The position numbers were made by a program, and so were the translations under genes. From IMG/VR virus record IMGVR_UViG_3300026123_000024, positions 1-27,020 of that record: a DNA stretch of 27,020 nt; one strand, written 5' to 3'. The notes under the pieces were generated by a model. It saw only the letters and a list, made by a program, of their open reading frames with translations, made no database searches and was not told the DNA's origin. Below, piece after piece: positions 25,352 to 27,020 of this stretch (position 1 is the first letter of the stretch; each line of letters begins with the position of its first letter). The DNA is from a virus (taxonomy: Duplodnaviria > Caudoviricetes).

Positions 25352-27020
25352 ATGAAAGTTAAAAAAGCTGAATTGCTCAGTGCCCTAAAAGCTGATTTGA
25401 AGGCGTCAGAGATTCTCAAGCGAGAGTATGATACCGCTATTTTCAAATGGAAAGCTGAGTATAACGGAGAACCTTATGGCAATGAGCAAAAAGGTAAATC
25501 CGCTATTGTCTCTAGGGACATTAAAAAGCAATCGGAATGGCAACATGCTACTATTGTAGATCCTTTTGTCAGTACTTCTGATATTATTAAATGTACTCCT
25601 ATTACTTTTGAAGATAAAGAAGCTGCTCGTCAAAACGAACTGCTGCTTAATACTCAGTTTTGCCGTAAGTTTGACCGCTACAACTTTATGTCTAAAGCAG
25701 TCAAAGTCCTTGACCAAGAAGGTACCCTAGTTATACAAACAGGTTGGGACTACGAAGACAAAGAAGTAACTACGATGGCCGAAACCATTATTATGGATGA
25801 CCAAGGTCGGGAGGTTATTGTTGAACAAGAAGTTACAGAGACAGTTGTTGTACGAAATCAGCCTACTGCTAAAGTATGTCGTAATCACGATATATATATC
25901 GACCCTACTTGCCAAGACAATTTAGATAACGCTCAGTTTGTTATTTATCGATATGAAACTGATTTATCTACGCTTAAAAAAGATGGTCGTTATAAAAATC
26001 TAGACAAGATTGGTTTTTCTAGTTCTGGTGACCACGATTACATGAATACTCCATCAGATCCTACTTACTTTAAGTTTTCTGATGAGCCTCGTAAAAAACA
26101 CATTGTTTACGAGTACTGGGGTAATTATGATGTAAATGGAGATGGTATTGCAGAGCCTATCGTGTGCTGCTGGATTAACGATACTATTATCCGTTTACAA
26201 TCTAACCCATACCCAGACGGTAAACCACCTTTTATTGTTGTACCATTTAATAGCATTCCATTTAAAATTCACGGTGAAGCTAACGCAGAGCTTATTGGCG
26301 ATAATCAGAAAGTTAAGACTGCTATTATCCGTGGTATTATCGATAATATGGCCCAGTCCAATAATGGGCAGGTAGCAGTACGCAAAGGCGCCCTAGATCA
26401 AGTTAACCGTAAGAAATTTATTAACGGCCAAAACTTTGAGTTTAACGGCACACCAAACGATTTCTGGCAAGGTAGTTATAATGCTATTCCTGGGTCAGCG
26501 TTTGATATGATTGGATTAATGAACAATGAAATTGAGTCTATCACAGGCACTAAATCATTTAGTGGTGGTATTAATGCTGGCAGCTTGGGGGCAACAGCTA
26601 CTGGTGCTAGGGGCGCTTTAGACGCTACTGCTACCAGACGTATGAATATCGTACGTAACATTGCAGAGAACCTAGTTAAGCCTCTTATGCGTAAGTGGAT
26701 GGCTTACAACTCTGAGTTTTTAGAAGACGAAGAGATTGTTCGTGTTACTAATGAAGAGTATGTTCCAATAAGACGTGACGATTTAGAAGGTCGTATTGAT
26801 ATTGATATCAGTATTTCTACTGCAGAAGATAACGCAGCTAAGTCACAAGAACTATCTTTCTTACTGCAAACCCTAGGCCCTAATGAAGACCCAGCTATTC
26901 GTCGTAATATTATGGCTGACATTATGGAACTAATGCGTATGCCTGAACAGGCTAAACGTATTCGTGAATACCAGCCACAGCCTGATCCTGTACAAGAACA
27001 GCTTAAACAGCTTGAACTGC
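25352..27020 (+). CDS. Portal protein, N4 gp59-like (3' end beyond the window; absent from the ORF track)
   Basis: GAAGGA RBS; reads MKVKKAELLSALKADL..IKKQSEWQH..DPF..TPITFED..ARQNELLLNTQF..IYIDPTCQ..EYWG..SITGTKSFSGG..QPDPVQEQLKQLEL, matching my recollection of N4-like portal motifs; both ends read in the same frame. Confidence 0.93.
   Translation, partial: MKVKKAELLSALKADLKASEILKREYDTAIFKWKAEYNGEPYGNEQKGKSAIVSRDIKKQSEWQHATIVDPFVSTSDIIKCTPITFEDKEAARQNELLLNTQFCRKFDRYNFMSKAVKVLDQEGTLVIQTGWDYEDKEVTTMAETIIMDDQGREVIVEQEVTETVVVRNQPTAKVCRNHDIYIDPTCQDNLDNAQFVIYRYETDLSTLKKDGRYKNLDKIGFSSSGDHDYMNTPSDPTYFKFSDEPRKKHIVYEYWGNYDVNGDGIAEPIVCCWINDTIIRLQSNPYPDGKPPFIVVPFNSIPFKIHGEANAELIGDNQKVKTAIIRGIIDNMAQSNNGQVAVRKGALDQVNRKKFINGQNFEFNGTPNDFWQGSYNAIPGSAFDMIGLMNNEIESITGTKSFSGGINAGSLGATATGARGALDATATRRMNIVRNIAENLVKPLMRKWMAYNSEFLEDEEIVRVTNEEYVPIRRDDLEGRIDIDISISTAEDNAAKSQELSFLLQTLGPNEDPAIRRNIMADIMELMRMPEQAKRIREYQPQPDPVQEQLKQLEL

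Noticed and set aside
26136-26375. ORF-track 79-aa + strand ORF
   Set aside because: It is an out-of-frame ORF nested in the portal gene; likewise 4589..4771 within terL.
1-27020. tRNA, rRNA, integrase, IS element or intron/intein
   Set aside because: None was recognised by eye; terL and the portal appear uninterrupted. tRNAscan-SE and Infernal were not run.

Overview
This is a 27-kb, almost entirely + strand segment of an AT-rich tailed-phage genome with an N4-like (Schitoviridae-type) morphogenesis layout. Bases 1-3233 hold small, translationally coupled accessory genes, including a ParB-N-like protein, a T5orf172/GIY-YIG-like protein and a zinc-ribbon protein. They are followed by a gp69-like small terminase candidate, the large terminase and a gp67-like head-tail adaptor. 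A ~16.8-kb adsorption region comes next: a 1641-aa protein built almost wholly of 10-residue repeats, two mosaic tail fibres sharing modules, three paralogous small tip-like proteins, chaperones and an adhesin-like protein. The window ends with a membrane-protein-rich lysis cassette with a GH108 endolysin and the 5' part of an N4 gp59-like portal, which the ORF track missed because it runs off the window. The most striking non-coding feature is a self-contained ~120-nt unit at ~3225-3346. It has a near-consensus sigma70 promoter, three anti-Shine-Dalgarno CU-rich motifs and an intrinsic terminator, and part of it is complementary to the RBS/start codon of the ParB-like gene. All family assignments come from motif recognition by eye; no searches were run.
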